From: Frankiales bacterium
GTDB taxonomy: Bacteria > Actinomycetota > Actinomycetes > Mycobacteriales > SCTD01
Direction: 5' to 3'
DNA: 64,000 bases
NCBI GenBank assembly: GCA_025465135.1
Contig: JAODNA010000064.1
Coordinates: forward strand, 35-64,034
The position numbers were made by a program, and so were the translations under genes. Position 1 is the first letter of the stretch; each line of letters starts with the position of its first letter. Shown piece after piece: positions 1 to 9,989 of the stretch. The notes under the pieces are model-generated. The model saw only the letters and a program-made list of their open reading frames with translations, was not told where the DNA came from and did no database searches.

Positions 1-244
1 GTGGCTGTCCGCTAGGACGCCGTAGCAGGACAGTTGCTGGATCACAGATGCGCCTCCTACGGGCGCACCGGCGAATCCAACGACAGGCACCAGACCCCGG
101 GCTGCCGGACATCGTCCCCCCGGCCCTTTCGCCGCAAGGCGGAGGAAGCAGCCCGGGGTTCGCCTTGTCCGAGCGTCGTAGCGGCCAGGCACGGGCCCAG
201 GCATCACCTCTTGCCGTTTCAGACCGCGCGCGGTAGGCAAGGCC

Positions 245-1084
245 ATGGGCGGGTGCGAGCTCGCGATGCGCAGGCGCATCCGGGTGGGAGACGCCGACAT
301 CGACGCCCTGACCCTGAACGACTCCGTCGTGGCGATCTGCGAGCTCGCACGCGGCAGCACGACTCGTGCGTTCGTGGTCACACCGAACATTCATCACATC
401 CTGGAGCTGCGCGGCTCGGAGCCCTTCCGCGACGCCTACCGCGACGCCGCCCTGGTCCTGCCGGACGGCTTCCCCGTCGCGCTCGCCATGCGCGCACTGG
501 GTGCCCGCAACCAATCGCGCGTCGCTGGAGCAGATCTGGTGCCTGCGCTCTGCCGCGCCGCCGCCACGGAGGGCCTGACGGTGGGATTCCTCGGGGGGCA
601 GCCGGGGGCCGCGGCTCGTGCGGCCGCCCGGAGCACGGCGGAGCACCCCACACTCCAGGTCGTCCTGGTGGAGGAAGCCGCCATGGGCTTCGACAGCACA
701 CCGCAGACACGAGAGCCGGTTCTCGTCCACGTAGTCAGGAAGGATCCGGACATCTTGTTCGTCGGGCTCGGGGCGCCGAAGCAGGAGCTGTTCGTGGCCG
801 CCAACCGCCATCACCTGGGAACCGGCGTCGCCGTGTGCGTCGGGGCAGGGATCGACTTCGCAGCCGGCGTCGCCCGCCGCTCGCCCGGGTTCTTGCAGAA
901 GGTGGGTCTGGAGTGGGCGTGGCGTCTCGTGAACGAGCCCCGACGCCTTGCGAAGCGCTATGCCAAAGCGGCGCCCGTGTTCGTCTGGCTCGTTACTCCT
1001 TCGATCCTCCGCCGGATCCGGCGCCCCGCCCCAGGCCGTAGTGCAGCGTCAGGAAGCGGACGGGGTTCCGGAGCAGGTTCTTGA
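245..1084 (+). CDS. WecB/TagA/CpsF family glycosyltransferase (GT26)
   Basis: VVTPN, PDGxP, RVAGADL, VGLGAPKQE, GLEWAWRL..EPRRL..RY motifs. Confidence 0.93.
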   Translation: MGGCELAMRRRIRVGDADIDALTLNDSVVAICELARGSTTRAFVVTPNIHHILELRGSEPFRDAYRDAALVLPDGFPVALAMRALGARNQSRVAGADLVPALCRAAATEGLTVGFLGGQPGAAARAAARSTAEHPTLQVVLVEEAAMGFDSTPQTREPVLVHVVRKDPDILFVGLGAPKQELFVAANRHHLGTGVAVCVGAGIDFAAGVARRSPGFLQKVGLEWAWRLVNEPRRLAKRYAKAAPVFVWLVTPSILRRIRRPAPGRSAASGSGRGSGAGS

Positions 1085-1880
1085 GCTTGGCGGCCTGGTG
1101 GTCGCGCATCGCGCGTCGCAGGACGTCGGGGTGTGGCCCCCGTCCGGCCGTCGCATACCCCTGGACCAGCGCCAGCGCGCCGAGCACGACGGGCTTCCGG
1201 ACGAGGAAGCGCAGCACCCGCAGGGCGAAGTAGGCCGGGTGGTACCCCACCCACCTGGAGATGGCACCGTTCCGACGACGCCCGGCGAGCAGGCCCTCAC
1301 TCGAGCCGGTGCGACGCGACGTCACTGCCACGGCTGTCGGCATGACCCGGACCTCGAGCCCGGAGAGGCGCAGGGCTACCTCGTCCAGGACGTCCCAGCC
1401 CAGTGCGACCGGCAGCTGACGGACGATCCGGTAGGCAGCCGGGGTGTAGGCCTTGAGCCCGCCGAGCACGTACGTCACCTGCTCCAGCTCTCCCAAGCCC
1501 GCAAGAACTCCGCCGCACACCCCGACCTCGGGCGGGGTCTCGCGCAGCTCTTCGAGGTACGTCGGCAGCAGCCGCAGATCCGCATCGCACTTCATGACGC
1601 GTTCCGGGGTCGCGATGCTGCGCAGGCCCTCGTCGGCTCCGTGCAGGAAGGCGGCGAACTCGGAGGCGCCGGTCAGCCCCCCCTCGTTCTGCCTGGACAG
1701 CACCCGGACTGGAAACCCCGGGTCGAGAGCGGCCGCGATCTCCGCGGTTCCGTCCGTACTCCCGTCATCGACGATGACCCAGAGACCGATCAGCTGACGT
1801 GTCTGCGCCGCCAACGACGCGGCGAGACCCGGGAGCCGGGCCGCTTCGTTGCGTGCCGGCGTGACAACGAGCCAGGTCAT
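993..1880 (-). CDS. GT2 family glycosyltransferase
   Basis: VVTPARNE, VDDGSTDGT, DAD motifs; start trimmed to ATG 1880 (MTWLVV); 92-bp convergent overlap with the GT26 gene. Confidence 0.85.
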   Translation of the reverse strand: MTWLVVTPARNEAARLPGLAASLAAQTRQLIGLWVIVDDGSTDGTAEIAAALDPGFPVRVLSRQNEGGLTGASEFAAFLHGADEGLRSIATPERVMKCDADLRLLPTYLEELRETPPEVGVCGGVLAGLGELEQVTYVLGGLKAYTPAAYRIVRQLPVALGWDVLDEVALRLSGLEVRVMPTAVAVTSRRTGSSEGLLAGRRRNGAISRWVGYHPAYFALRVLRFLVRKPVVLGALALVQGYATAGRGPHPDVLRRAMRDHQAAKLKNLLRNPVRFLTLHYGLGRGAGSGGGSKE

Positions 1881-1956
1881 CCCGTCGCGTCCGTCCATGA
1901 TCGAGGCACGGCGGTAGCGTAAAACCTGACCGAACGGCTGCGCGGACGGAGCGAGC

Positions 1957-3108
1957 GTGCCACCACGCACACGAGTCCTTGCAGTTCTGACTTTTCAACC
2001 GTGGCCGGTCCGGTCGGGAATCACCAGGCGGTTGTCCGAGCTCGTTGCCGCTCTACAGGCCACGACGGAGCTGACCGTCGTCATCGCCGCGGAATCCGAT
2101 GCACCGCTCACCGCGCCGCCGGGCATCCGGGTCACGCGTGTGACGCGCAGTCGGAGCAAGTCCGCCACGGTGCTGGAGCTGATGCGCGGCGTCCCGGCAG
2201 GACGCACGATCACGGCGGCCTTCTACCGCCGTCGCAACGCACGACGCGTCATCGACGAGATGGTCGAGCTGCACGCCCCAGACGTCGTGTTCACGCATGG
2301 CCTGGGCGGGGCCGCTCTCTGTGCCGGGTTGGCGCCGGTGTCGCGGACCATCCTGGACGCGGACACCGTGGATCCCGACACGTACCGGAGACTCGCTGCT
2401 GACACTCCTGGGTGGCGAAGCTGGCAGTGGGCCCTCGACGTCCGCCTCGTCGCACGCTGGCACAGACGGCATCTGCCGGGCTATGGCGGCGTTACCGTGG
2501 TCTCCGCGAACGACGTTGAGCTGTACGCGGCCCTGAGCCCCGAAGCCAACGTCGTGCTCGTCCCCAACGGAGTCCGTACGCCGTCGAAGGTCCGCCCCGA
2601 TCCCGGTGGCTCGCAGCTGCTGTTCCTCGGCGACCTGACCTACGCACCGAACAACGTAGGTGTGGGCTGGTTTATCGACCAGGTCCTTCCCCAGCTACCT
2701 GGGTGTGTGCTCCGCGTCGTGGGTGAAGGTGCGTACTTCGCCCACACTCGCGTCCAGCACGCCGGCTTTGTCGCGGACCTCGCCGACGAGTGGGCGACGG
2801 CGACGCTCATGGTGGTGCCGATCCGCGCCGGGGGAGGAACGCGGCTGAAGGTTCTCGAGGCGTTCGCACATGGCGTTCCTGTGGTCTCGACGGCAGTGGG
2901 AGTCGAAGGAATAGGGGCTCTGCCCGGCGTGCACTACGCCTGCGCGGAGACGCCCACTGAGTTCATTGCCGAGATCGATGCGCTGCTCACCGATGTCGCG
3001 GGCCGGCAGCGGATGGCAATGCACGCGCGACAAGTCGCGGAGGCCTTCGAGTGGGCAGCGTGCACGGCGCCCCTGCTCGAGCTGGTGCACCGGGTTGCGC
3101 CTCGATGA
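1957..3108 (+). CDS. GT4 family glycosyltransferase
   Basis: VPNG, FLGDLTYAPN, GGTRLKVLEAFAHGVPVVST..G.EG. Confidence 0.9.
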   Translation: MPPRTRVLAVLTFQPWPVRSGITRRLSELVAALQATTELTVVIAAESDAPLTAPPGIRVTRVTRSRSKSATVLELMRGVPAGRTITAAFYRRRNARRVIDEMVELHAPDVVFTHGLGGAALCAGLAPVSRTILDADTVDPDTYRRLAADTPGWRSWQWALDVRLVARWHRRHLPGYGGVTVVSANDVELYAALSPEANVVLVPNGVRTPSKVRPDPGGSQLLFLGDLTYAPNNVGVGWFIDQVLPQLPGCVLRVVGEGAYFAHTRVQHAGFVADLADEWATATLMVVPIRAGGGTRLKVLEAFAHGVPVVSTAVGVEGIGALPGVHYACAETPTEFIAEIDALLTDVAGRQRMAMHARQVAEAFEWAACTAPLLELVHRVAPR

Positions 3109-4229
3109 GGGAGGTCGTGTTCGTCACGAGCGAGGTAGACCCGGCACCCACATCCGGCGGCTCGATTCGCACGCTGAACCTGGTCACCGCCCTCGCGAGA
3201 AGGGCCAGGACGCACCTCGTGGTCGTCGGCCACCAACCCGATGTGGCAGAGCTGCGCCGTGTCACCAAGGCCGTCTCGGTCCAGACGTATCCCGCCTCGA
3301 CCGGGCTCGCGACTCGCGTCCGTGCATACGCGAGGGGGTGGCCGCTCTCGACCTCCCGGTGGTGGTCACCGGACGCCGCGTCCTTCGTGCGCGCGCGACA
3401 GGCCGAGGGCGCCCTGTGCGTGATCGACCACGTCTACCTGGACCCGTACCGCCCCCCTGTCGGTCCCTATGTCCTGTCCCTCCACAACGTCGAGTACGAC
3501 GTGCAGCGCGAGCTGCCACGCCCACAGCAGATGCTCAGAGGCGCGGAGCGCCAGATCGATCTGCAGCTGTTGCGGCGGCTTGAACGGCGCGCGGTGGGCC
3601 GGGAGGACTCCCGGGTGGTCACGGTGTCGCGTCTCGACCTCGAGAGCCTCGGAACCGACGGATCCGTTGTGCCGAACGGGACCGCCGTCCCGGATAGGGT
3701 GCCGCCGCTCCCTGAGGGCGGGCGCATCACGTACATCGGAAGCATGTCCTGGCCGCCCAACCGACTCGCGGTCGAGTGGTGGCTGGCGAACATCGCGCCG
3801 CAGCTCCCGGGCGACCTCCCCCGACTCACCGTGGTCGGTCGTGGAGGCGCCGCCGCTTTCCGCGATGAGCCCCGGCTGGACGTGCTGGACGAAGTGCCGT
3901 CGGTAAGCGAGGTCCTTGCACAGTCGAGCATTGTTGCCATCCCGCTGCAGCACGGCGGGGGCACCCGCCTCAAGGTCCTTGAGGCAATGGCCTTCGGTCG
4001 TCCCGTTGTGTCGACGCGCAAGGGGGTCGAGGGCTTGCCGGTGGAGGACGGGCTACACGCACTGCTCGCCGACGAGCCGACCGAGTTCGCGGCTGCCGTC
4101 ACCCGCGCGTGGACGGACCGTGCCCTCGCGCTGCAGCTGTCGGCGGCGGGTCGCCGACTGGCTGCCGGCTTCGACTGGACCGAAATCGCCGATGATTTCG
4201 CCGAGCTCGTGCTCGGAGCAGAGCCGTGA
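3105..4229 (+). CDS. GT4 family glycosyltransferase
   Basis: ATGA overlap with the upstream stop; LHNVE, VPNGT, GGTRLKVLEAMAFGRPVVST. Confidence 0.9.
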   Translation: MREVVFVTSEVDPAPTSGGSIRTLNLVTALARRARTHLVVVGHQPDVAELRRVTKAVSVQTYPASTGLATRVRAYARGWPLSTSRWWSPDAASFVRARQAEGALCVIDHVYLDPYRPPVGPYVLSLHNVEYDVQRELPRPQQMLRGAERQIDLQLLRRLERRAVGREDSRVVTVSRLDLESLGTDGSVVPNGTAVPDRVPPLPEGGRITYIGSMSWPPNRLAVEWWLANIAPQLPGDLPRLTVVGRGGAAAFRDEPRLDVLDEVPSVSEVLAQSSIVAIPLQHGGGTRLKVLEAMAFGRPVVSTRKGVEGLPVEDGLHALLADEPTEFAAAVTRAWTDRALALQLSAAGRRLAAGFDWTEIADDFAELVLGAEP

Positions 4230-5122
4230 CGATCCTCGCTCGGGTAGGTGTCGTCATCGTGACGCACAACTCGTCAGGCACCGTGGTCCAGACCGTTCAG
4301 CATCTGCCCGTGGGGGATCTGGCCGGTGTCGTCGTCGTGGACAATGCGTCCACGGACGGCACCGCTGACGCCGTCGAACAGCTTGCTCTCCCTGGCGTGC
4401 GCGTGCACCGTCAGGCCAACGTCGGTTTCGGGGGAGGGTGCAACACGGGCGCGCGGTTGCTGACGAATGCCGCTGCTCTGCTCTTCCTCAACCCGGACGC
4501 GACCATCGAGGCGGCGCCCTTGGCGGCACTAGCGGCGTACCTGGACGAGGTGCCGAGCTGTGCCGCTGTCGGACCGCGGCTCTACTCCAGCGGGACGCCG
4601 ATCTCCTCGGCCGGGCGGCTGGCCCGGACCCGGGATGAGCTGCGCTTCGTGCTCCCCCGGCGGGTGGCGTTGCGGATCCCTGACCGGCGCCTCGCCCCCG
4701 ACTACGACCAAACCGGCCCGGTCGGCGTCATCGAAGGCGCCTGCATGCTGTTCGACGCGAAGGCGTTCCATGCGGCAGGGGGCTTCGACGATCGCTACTT
4801 CCTGTTCTTCGAGGAGCACGACCTCGCCCGCCGCCTGGCACGCCGCGGCGGTGAGGTCCATCTGCTCGCGACCGCGCGAGCAGATCACGTCGTCGGCGTA
4901 TCACGGGGTGCCCTACGCCTGGCGGGTTCCGCGCACTACTTCGCGAGCTGCGTCCGCTACCTCCGGCAATACCGTGGTACGGCGCGCGCCGCCGTGTTCA
5001 CGGCCGTGGCGCTCAGCTGGTGGTCGCTGTCGCCACGGCTGGGCAAGATGCCCGCCGACGATGCGCAGCTGCTCCGGCGATCTCTTGTCACCGCATGGCG
5101 GGCCCGAGGGGCGCGACGGTGA
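4226..5122 (+). CDS. GT2 family glycosyltransferase (rhamnosyltransferase-like)
   Basis: VIVTHNS, VDNASTDGT, NVGFGGGCN, FLNPD, GGFDDRYFLFFEE. Confidence 0.9.
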   Translation: MTILARVGVVIVTHNSSGTVVQTVQHLPVGDLAGVVVVDNASTDGTADAVEQLALPGVRVHRQANVGFGGGCNTGARLLTNAAALLFLNPDATIEAAPLAALAAYLDEVPSCAAVGPRLYSSGTPISSAGRLARTRDELRFVLPRRVALRIPDRRLAPDYDQTGPVGVIEGACMLFDAKAFHAAGGFDDRYFLFFEEHDLARRLARRGGEVHLLATARADHVVGVSRGALRLAGSAHYFASCVRYLRQYRGTARAAVFTAVALSWWSLSPRLGKMPADDAQLLRRSLVTAWRARGARR

Positions 5123-5670
5123 ACCGTGTTCGCCGAGTCCTCCACCTGGTCCGGGGGCGCATCGCGTTCCTGGGCCACGGCGCGACGCTCGGGGCCTACC
5201 CCAACCTGCAGGGACGTCGGCCGCTCATCGCCAACCGAGGAGCGATGACGATCGGCAGCCACGCGCTCTTCGTCGGGAGGCAGCACCGGACCTCGTTGAG
5301 CACGTGGGCCGGGGCCCGGTTGTCGATCGGGGATCGCGTGCTCATCAACCAAGGCGTCACGATCCACGCCAGTCGCAGCATCACCATCGGCGACCACGTG
5401 ATGATCGGGGATCTGGCCGCGATCTACGACACGGACTTCCATGAAACACAGCCAGGTGCCGGCGTCCGGGTGGCTGCCGTGCAGGTAGGCGACAACGTCT
5501 GGATCGGACGGGGCGCCACTATCCTGCCCGGCGTGACCATCGGTCCAAATGCCGTTGTGGCAGCGGGCGCCGTAGTCACTCGAGACGTCGACGAACGGAC
5601 GCTTGTCGCCGGGAACCCGGCGCGGGCCGTGCGGACGTTCGACGTCCCCGACGGATACCGCCGTCAGTGA
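5119..5670 (+). CDS. hexapeptide-repeat (LbH) sugar O-acyltransferase
   Basis: GTGA overlap; DTDFH, VGDNVWIG, ILPGVTIG, VAGNPAR. Confidence 0.88.
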   Translation: MNRVRRVLHLVRGRIAFLGHGATLGAYPNLQGRRPLIANRGAMTIGSHALFVGRQHRTSLSTWAGARLSIGDRVLINQGVTIHASRSITIGDHVMIGDLAAIYDTDFHETQPGAGVRVAAVQVGDNVWIGRGATILPGVTIGPNAVVAAGAVVTRDVDERTLVAGNPARAVRTFDVPDGYRRQ

Positions 5671-6695
5671 CCCATCCACCGGTTCTCTTCACGACCAACT
5701 ACCCGATGCATGAGGCGCGACGGCTGTGGCGGCAAGGGCGCTACCCCGGCTACCACCTGTTCGGCACGGCGCAGCTGGAGGCTGACGGCTGGCCCGTCGA
5801 GGACCTTCCCGAGTTCCGCGGAGGTGCCACCCGGTTTGGGCGAGCCGTCAGCGGCCGACTGGGCGCCGGCAAGGCGCAGTCGTCGATCGTGCGACGCGCC
5901 ACCGACGATCACATCGCCTACGCCGCAGACCCCGTCTCCTACGCGTCGCTGGCGATTCTTCGCTCGGTCGGGCTGTGGCGGAAACCCATCGTCGCCGTCG
6001 TCCATCCGAGCGTCGCGGACAACCGAGTCTTGAGGCGTGCGCTACGCGCTTACGACGTCGTGATCGCCCTGAGCAAGCGCATCCACACTGAGCTCATTCA
6101 CGACGTCGGCCGCGATCCGACTCGGACGCTGTGGGCTCCGCCCGGTCCGGATCTCTCGTTCCCCCTGTACGAGCCGCTTGGTTCCGAGTTCGTCGTCTCT
6201 TCCGGGAAGACTTACCGGGACCAGCCCACCCTCCTCACCGCTCTCTCACGGGTGCAACTGGCTGCGCGTGTCCACACCTTGGCGGGTGAGTTTCCTGCGA
6301 TCGAAGAGTCGGCAACAGTCGTCGCCGGCGCTCCGTATGACGTGGTTCTGGATCATCTCAGACGCGCTTCGGCCGTGGCCATTCCTCTTGCACGGACGAC
6401 GGGCACATATGGCATCACTGAGCTGAACGACGCGCTGGCACTCGGGAAGCCGATTGTGCAGACAAGGAGTAGTTACCTGGATGTCGACCTCGAGGCCGTC
6501 GGTTGCGGTTGGACGGTGGATGCGGGCGATGTCAGCGGTTGGGAACGGGCGCTCATCGAGATCCAGAACGATGCCGGTGGCGCCGCGGAGCGCGGGAGGC
6601 TAGGGCGGATCTTCGCCGAGGAGCACTGGAACTGGACCCACTTCGCCGAGGTCGTGTTACAGGCAATGTCGATCGCCGAGGGAGGCGGCGGCTGA
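5667..6695 (+). CDS. GT-B fold (GT4-like) glycosyltransferase
   Basis: SSGKTYRD, GITELNDALALGKPIV; coupled to the upstream gene. Confidence 0.8.
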   Translation: MTHPPVLFTTNYPMHEARRLWRQGRYPGYHLFGTAQLEADGWPVEDLPEFRGGATRFGRAVSGRLGAGKAQSSIVRRATDDHIAYAADPVSYASLAILRSVGLWRKPIVAVVHPSVADNRVLRRALRAYDVVIALSKRIHTELIHDVGRDPTRTLWAPPGPDLSFPLYEPLGSEFVVSSGKTYRDQPTLLTALSRVQLAARVHTLAGEFPAIEESATVVAGAPYDVVLDHLRRASAVAIPLARTTGTYGITELNDALALGKPIVQTRSSYLDVDLEAVGCGWTVDAGDVSGWERALIEIQNDAGGAAERGRLGRIFAEEHWNWTHFAEVVLQAMSIAEGGGG

Positions 6696-6707
6696 CGCGG
6701 CGAGCAT

Positions 6708-7679
6708 GTGCCGTCGTCAGCCCCGCGTCTCTACCGCTCCGCTCGTAAGGTCCACCGTAGGCTGGCGCATGGCCTAGCCCATTGTGGCCAGATGCTGGAA
6801 GGGGCAAACCCCTTGTATGAGCGGCTTGTCGCGAAGGCACGTTGGTCCTCGCAGGCCCTGGCGGAGGCAGCCCTGCTTATCCCGCGGCTAAACCGGCCGA
6901 CGCCGACACCGGACGTGATCGTCAGTCTTACGAGCTTCCCCGGCCGGATTGAGAGCGCATGGGTCGCCGCCGCGTCGTTGCTGCGACAAAGCGTTGCCCC
7001 TCAGCAGGTCGTCCTTGTCCTCGCGGAAGAAGAGTTTCCTGGCCAGCGACTTCCGCAGTCCTTGACACGACTCACCGGTCTCACTCCACTGTGGGTCCCG
7101 ACAAACAACCGCAGCTACAAAAAGCTTTTGCCCGTACGCCAGCAATGGCCGCGAGCGGTAGTCGTCACAGCGGACGACGATGTGCGATATCCGAGATACT
7201 GGCTAGCCGAGCTTCTCCAGGGTCACGATCGACAGCCTGACGCGATCATCGGGCACCGCGGCAGCGAGATGGTGCCTACCGCGAAGGGATTCGCGCCTTA
7301 CGAAACGTGGCCGCTCGCCTCGCCGGGCACGCCCCCTCATCGTGTTTTCCTGAAGGGCAACGGCGGGATCCTTTATCCACCCGGGTCACTTCCAGAAGTT
7401 GCCTTCGACGTAGCACTCGCGGAACAACTGTGCCCAACCGCTGACGATGTCTGGTTTCGCGCGACATCTCTTCTGGCTGGTACGCCTGTACGCCGGATAC
7501 GCGGCGGTGTCTTTGACCCTCCAACTTCAAGGTTCTCTCAAGACGTGGCCCTGCACCACGCGAATCTCGCGGGTGGGGCTAACGACACCCAACTCAGTCA
7601 GGTGTTGTCACACTTCGGTCTGTGGGAGCTGTGGCGCACCATCGATCGCCGTCACGCATCCGCTCGACCTCCCGTTTGA
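6708..7679 (+). CDS. GT-A fold glycosyltransferase
   Basis: VSLTSFPGRI, SYKKLLP, TADDD, GGILYPP, ADDVWF; start uncertain. Confidence 0.78.
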   Translation: MPSSAPRLYRSARKVHRRLAHGLAHCGQMLEGANPLYERLVAKARWSSQALAEAALLIPRLNRPTPTPDVIVSLTSFPGRIESAWVAAASLLRQSVAPQQVVLVLAEEEFPGQRLPQSLTRLTGLTPLWVPTNNRSYKKLLPVRQQWPRAVVVTADDDVRYPRYWLAELLQGHDRQPDAIIGHRGSEMVPTAKGFAPYETWPLASPGTPPHRVFLKGNGGILYPPGSLPEVAFDVALAEQLCPTADDVWFRATSLLAGTPVRRIRGGVFDPPTSRFSQDVALHHANLAGGANDTQLSQVLSHFGLWELWRTIDRRHASARPPV

Positions 7680-7703
7680 GCTCTTCCGGGAGCAGCACCC
7701 AGC

Positions 7704-9158
7704 TCAAGCGACCTGCGTCAAGGGGACCCGAAACGGAGCGAGCCTTGGTGGCAGCCGCGGGCGCTGCAGGAGTGCGAGGGCGCAACTCATGCCGAGAATC
7801 GTCGGGCGATGGGTCAAGGACGTCTGCAGGATGGCGGAAGCCGCGAAGACGAACATCGCTAGACCGGCGGCGAGCCTCCTCGTGCTGTCCGTCTGCGTGC
7901 GGTCGACACGCACCACATCGTGGACCGCTCGCGCGATACTGGCACCCAAGAGCAGAATTGCGACGATACCGAGCAGACCGACCTGGAGCCAGATCCCGAG
8001 ATACGTGTTGTGGATGAAGAGCCGCTCCGTGAAGATGATGCGCGGCGGGCTTGATAGATAGACGGGTCGCCGAGCTCCGTAGGGCTGCCCCAATCCAACG
8101 CCCACAACCGGAGATCGCCTTATCGCCGCCGACGCCGCCCGATCCTCATCCTGCCGATCGGTGTAGCTCCGCTCTGACAGGACCGAGCTGTCGACGGTGC
8201 TGGCGGCACGATCGAGAGCAGCCTGCGGCGTTCGGCCGAGAAGGCCGGAGCTGGCGGCGACGGTGAGGATGGATCCCGCGACCACCAGCGACAATCCGGC
8301 GCGCAATCCGCGACCTCTAACCCGCGGTCCGGGCCTCAAGAGCAGCAGCAAGACCAGGCCGAGGATGAGGGGTATCCAGGTGCTGCGGTTGAAGCTCAGG
8401 CCGATCGGAAGCAGGTACAGGCTCAGTTGCGCGACGCTTCTGCGGGTGACCCGGCTCGAAGCCATTTGCCCAACTAGAAGGAGCACTCCCACGACGAGAA
8501 GCGAGAGTAGGGACGTCCGGATGCGTTGGGCCGAAACGGCTGTGTCGAGCGTTTCCACCGTTGATGCCCGCTGGGCGCCGAGCGGGAACCCGGTCGACGC
8601 GGCGGCGAGCACAAGCAGGCTCCCAGCGGTGCACAACCGAAACAGCCAGCGCTCGAGGAAGTCCTGCTCCGTTGCCGAGGCGAAGAATGAGGTGAAGACC
8701 ACCGGCAGGAGGTAGAACGCGTAAGCCTTGACGTATCCCAGCAAGTCCGCCGGGTTGGTCCCATGAACCGCGCCAACGCAGATCGCGATGCCGACCGCGA
8801 CGTAGAAGACAAGCCACGGCCCGGCGAACCCGGGCTTCGCGACACTGCCGCTCACGAGATAGAGCAACCAAACTCCAACGAGCAAGAACGCGCCCACCTC
8901 AGCCAGGTCACTGCGGACGCCACCCACGGCGAACTGGCCGGCCCGGTCGGGAAGCACGGTGGCTCCGACGATGAGGAGAACTATCAGTGCTGGTCTCGGG
9001 CGGTAGATCGCGAGTGCCAGCGCCAGACCGCCGGCGAGGGCGTATACGAGCATGGTCGACCCGGCGACGGCCCGCGCGGCCGACTCCCACGCCAGCAGAC
9101 CGAAAGCGGCCATGGCGACGCCGGCCTGCAGGTTCGGCCGTCGCAGGACGCTGTGCAC
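7704..9158 (-). CDS. O-antigen ligase/polymerase family (Wzy_C) membrane protein
   Basis: Many hydrophobic segments; LSFNRS, PVVGVGLG, HNTYLGIWLQVGLLG. Confidence 0.87.
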   Translation of the reverse strand: MHSVLRRPNLQAGVAMAAFGLLAWESAARAVAGSTMLVYALAGGLALALAIYRPRPALIVLLIVGATVLPDRAGQFAVGGVRSDLAEVGAFLLVGVWLLYLVSGSVAKPGFAGPWLVFYVAVGIAICVGAVHGTNPADLLGYVKAYAFYLLPVVFTSFFASATEQDFLERWLFRLCTAGSLLVLAAASTGFPLGAQRASTVETLDTAVSAQRIRTSLLSLLVVGVLLLVGQMASSRVTRRSVAQLSLYLLPIGLSFNRSTWIPLILGLVLLLLLRPGPRVRGRGLRAGLSLVVAGSILTVAASSGLLGRTPQAALDRAASTVDSSVLSERSYTDRQDEDRAASAAIRRSPVVGVGLGQPYGARRPVYLSSPPRIIFTERLFIHNTYLGIWLQVGLLGIVAILLLGASIARAVHDVVRVDRTQTDSTRRLAAGLAMFVFAASAILQTSLTHRPTILGMSCALALLQRPRLPPRLAPFRVPLTQVA

Positions 9159-9223
9159 GCCTCGATTATCCTCGGTGACCCGGTGGCCATACCCTCCGGG
9201 CTTGCCAAGCAGCAGGGCGGGCC

Positions 9224-9988
9224 ATGCGACTGCACGTCTTCTACCGGCTGTACCCCGCAGAGAGCGGAAAGCGGCGGCCGACCTTTCACACCAAGCCCTT
9301 GTGCCTCCAGAGCGCCTTCATGAGCCTTGAGCGCGTCCCGCAGTCGCGGCTCGTACTCCTCGTTGACGCCGAGGATCTGACGGCCGACTTCACGGCCGTA
9401 ATCCCGGACGGGACCGAGATCCAGTACCTCGGTGGGGTGGGCAACCGGGTCAGCTATCAACGCCAGCTCGATCGACTGCTCGAGATTCCGGCCGGGGACG
9501 TCGTGTTCCTCAGCGAGGACGACTACCTGTACAGGCCGGAGGCCTTCTCGACGTTGATGTCAGCGGTAGCGGACCTGCCGGACGTCGGCTACTTCGGCCT
9601 GTACGACCACCCCGACCGCTACACACGCCAGGACGATGCGCGGATCTATGCGCGCCGCCAGGTACGCCTCGGCGGCGGGGTCCACTGGAGGCTCGCGGAG
9701 TCGAGCTGCATGACGTTCGGAGCGTTGGCCGGCACGATCCACAGCGACGTTCGCGTACACCGTCGCTTCGTTCCGAGGGGCGGCTACCGACGCAACCCCG
9801 TGTCACGCATGCTGCACTACAACGACCGGCGTTTCTGGCGGCTGCTCCAGGGCATCGGCCCCTACCGGTGGAAGCGTCCCAAGCGACAGCTGGCGACGCC
9901 CATCCCCTCCCTCGCAACGCACATGGACATGGACTTCATGGCGCCCGGAGTCGACTGGGCGGAAGTCGCCGCCGTGGTCAGGGGCTAG
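9224..9988 (+). CDS. putative GT-A glycosyltransferase
   Basis: FLSEDDYLY (DxD-like), YDHPDRY, PSLATH. Confidence 0.7.
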   Translation: MRLHVFYRLYPAESGKRRPTFHTKPLCLQSAFMSLERVPQSRLVLLVDAEDLTADFTAVIPDGTEIQYLGGVGNRVSYQRQLDRLLEIPAGDVVFLSEDDYLYRPEAFSTLMSAVADLPDVGYFGLYDHPDRYTRQDDARIYARRQVRLGGGVHWRLAESSCMTFGALAGTIHSDVRVHRRFVPRGGYRRNPVSRMLHYNDRRFWRLLQGIGPYRWKRPKRQLATPIPSLATHMDMDFMAPGVDWAEVAAVVRG

Positions 9989-9989
9989 C

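Noticed and set aside
993-1084. ~90-bp convergent 3' overlaps (also 11071-11159)
   Set aside because: Low-complexity tails that are expected when stop codons are scarce in high-GC DNA
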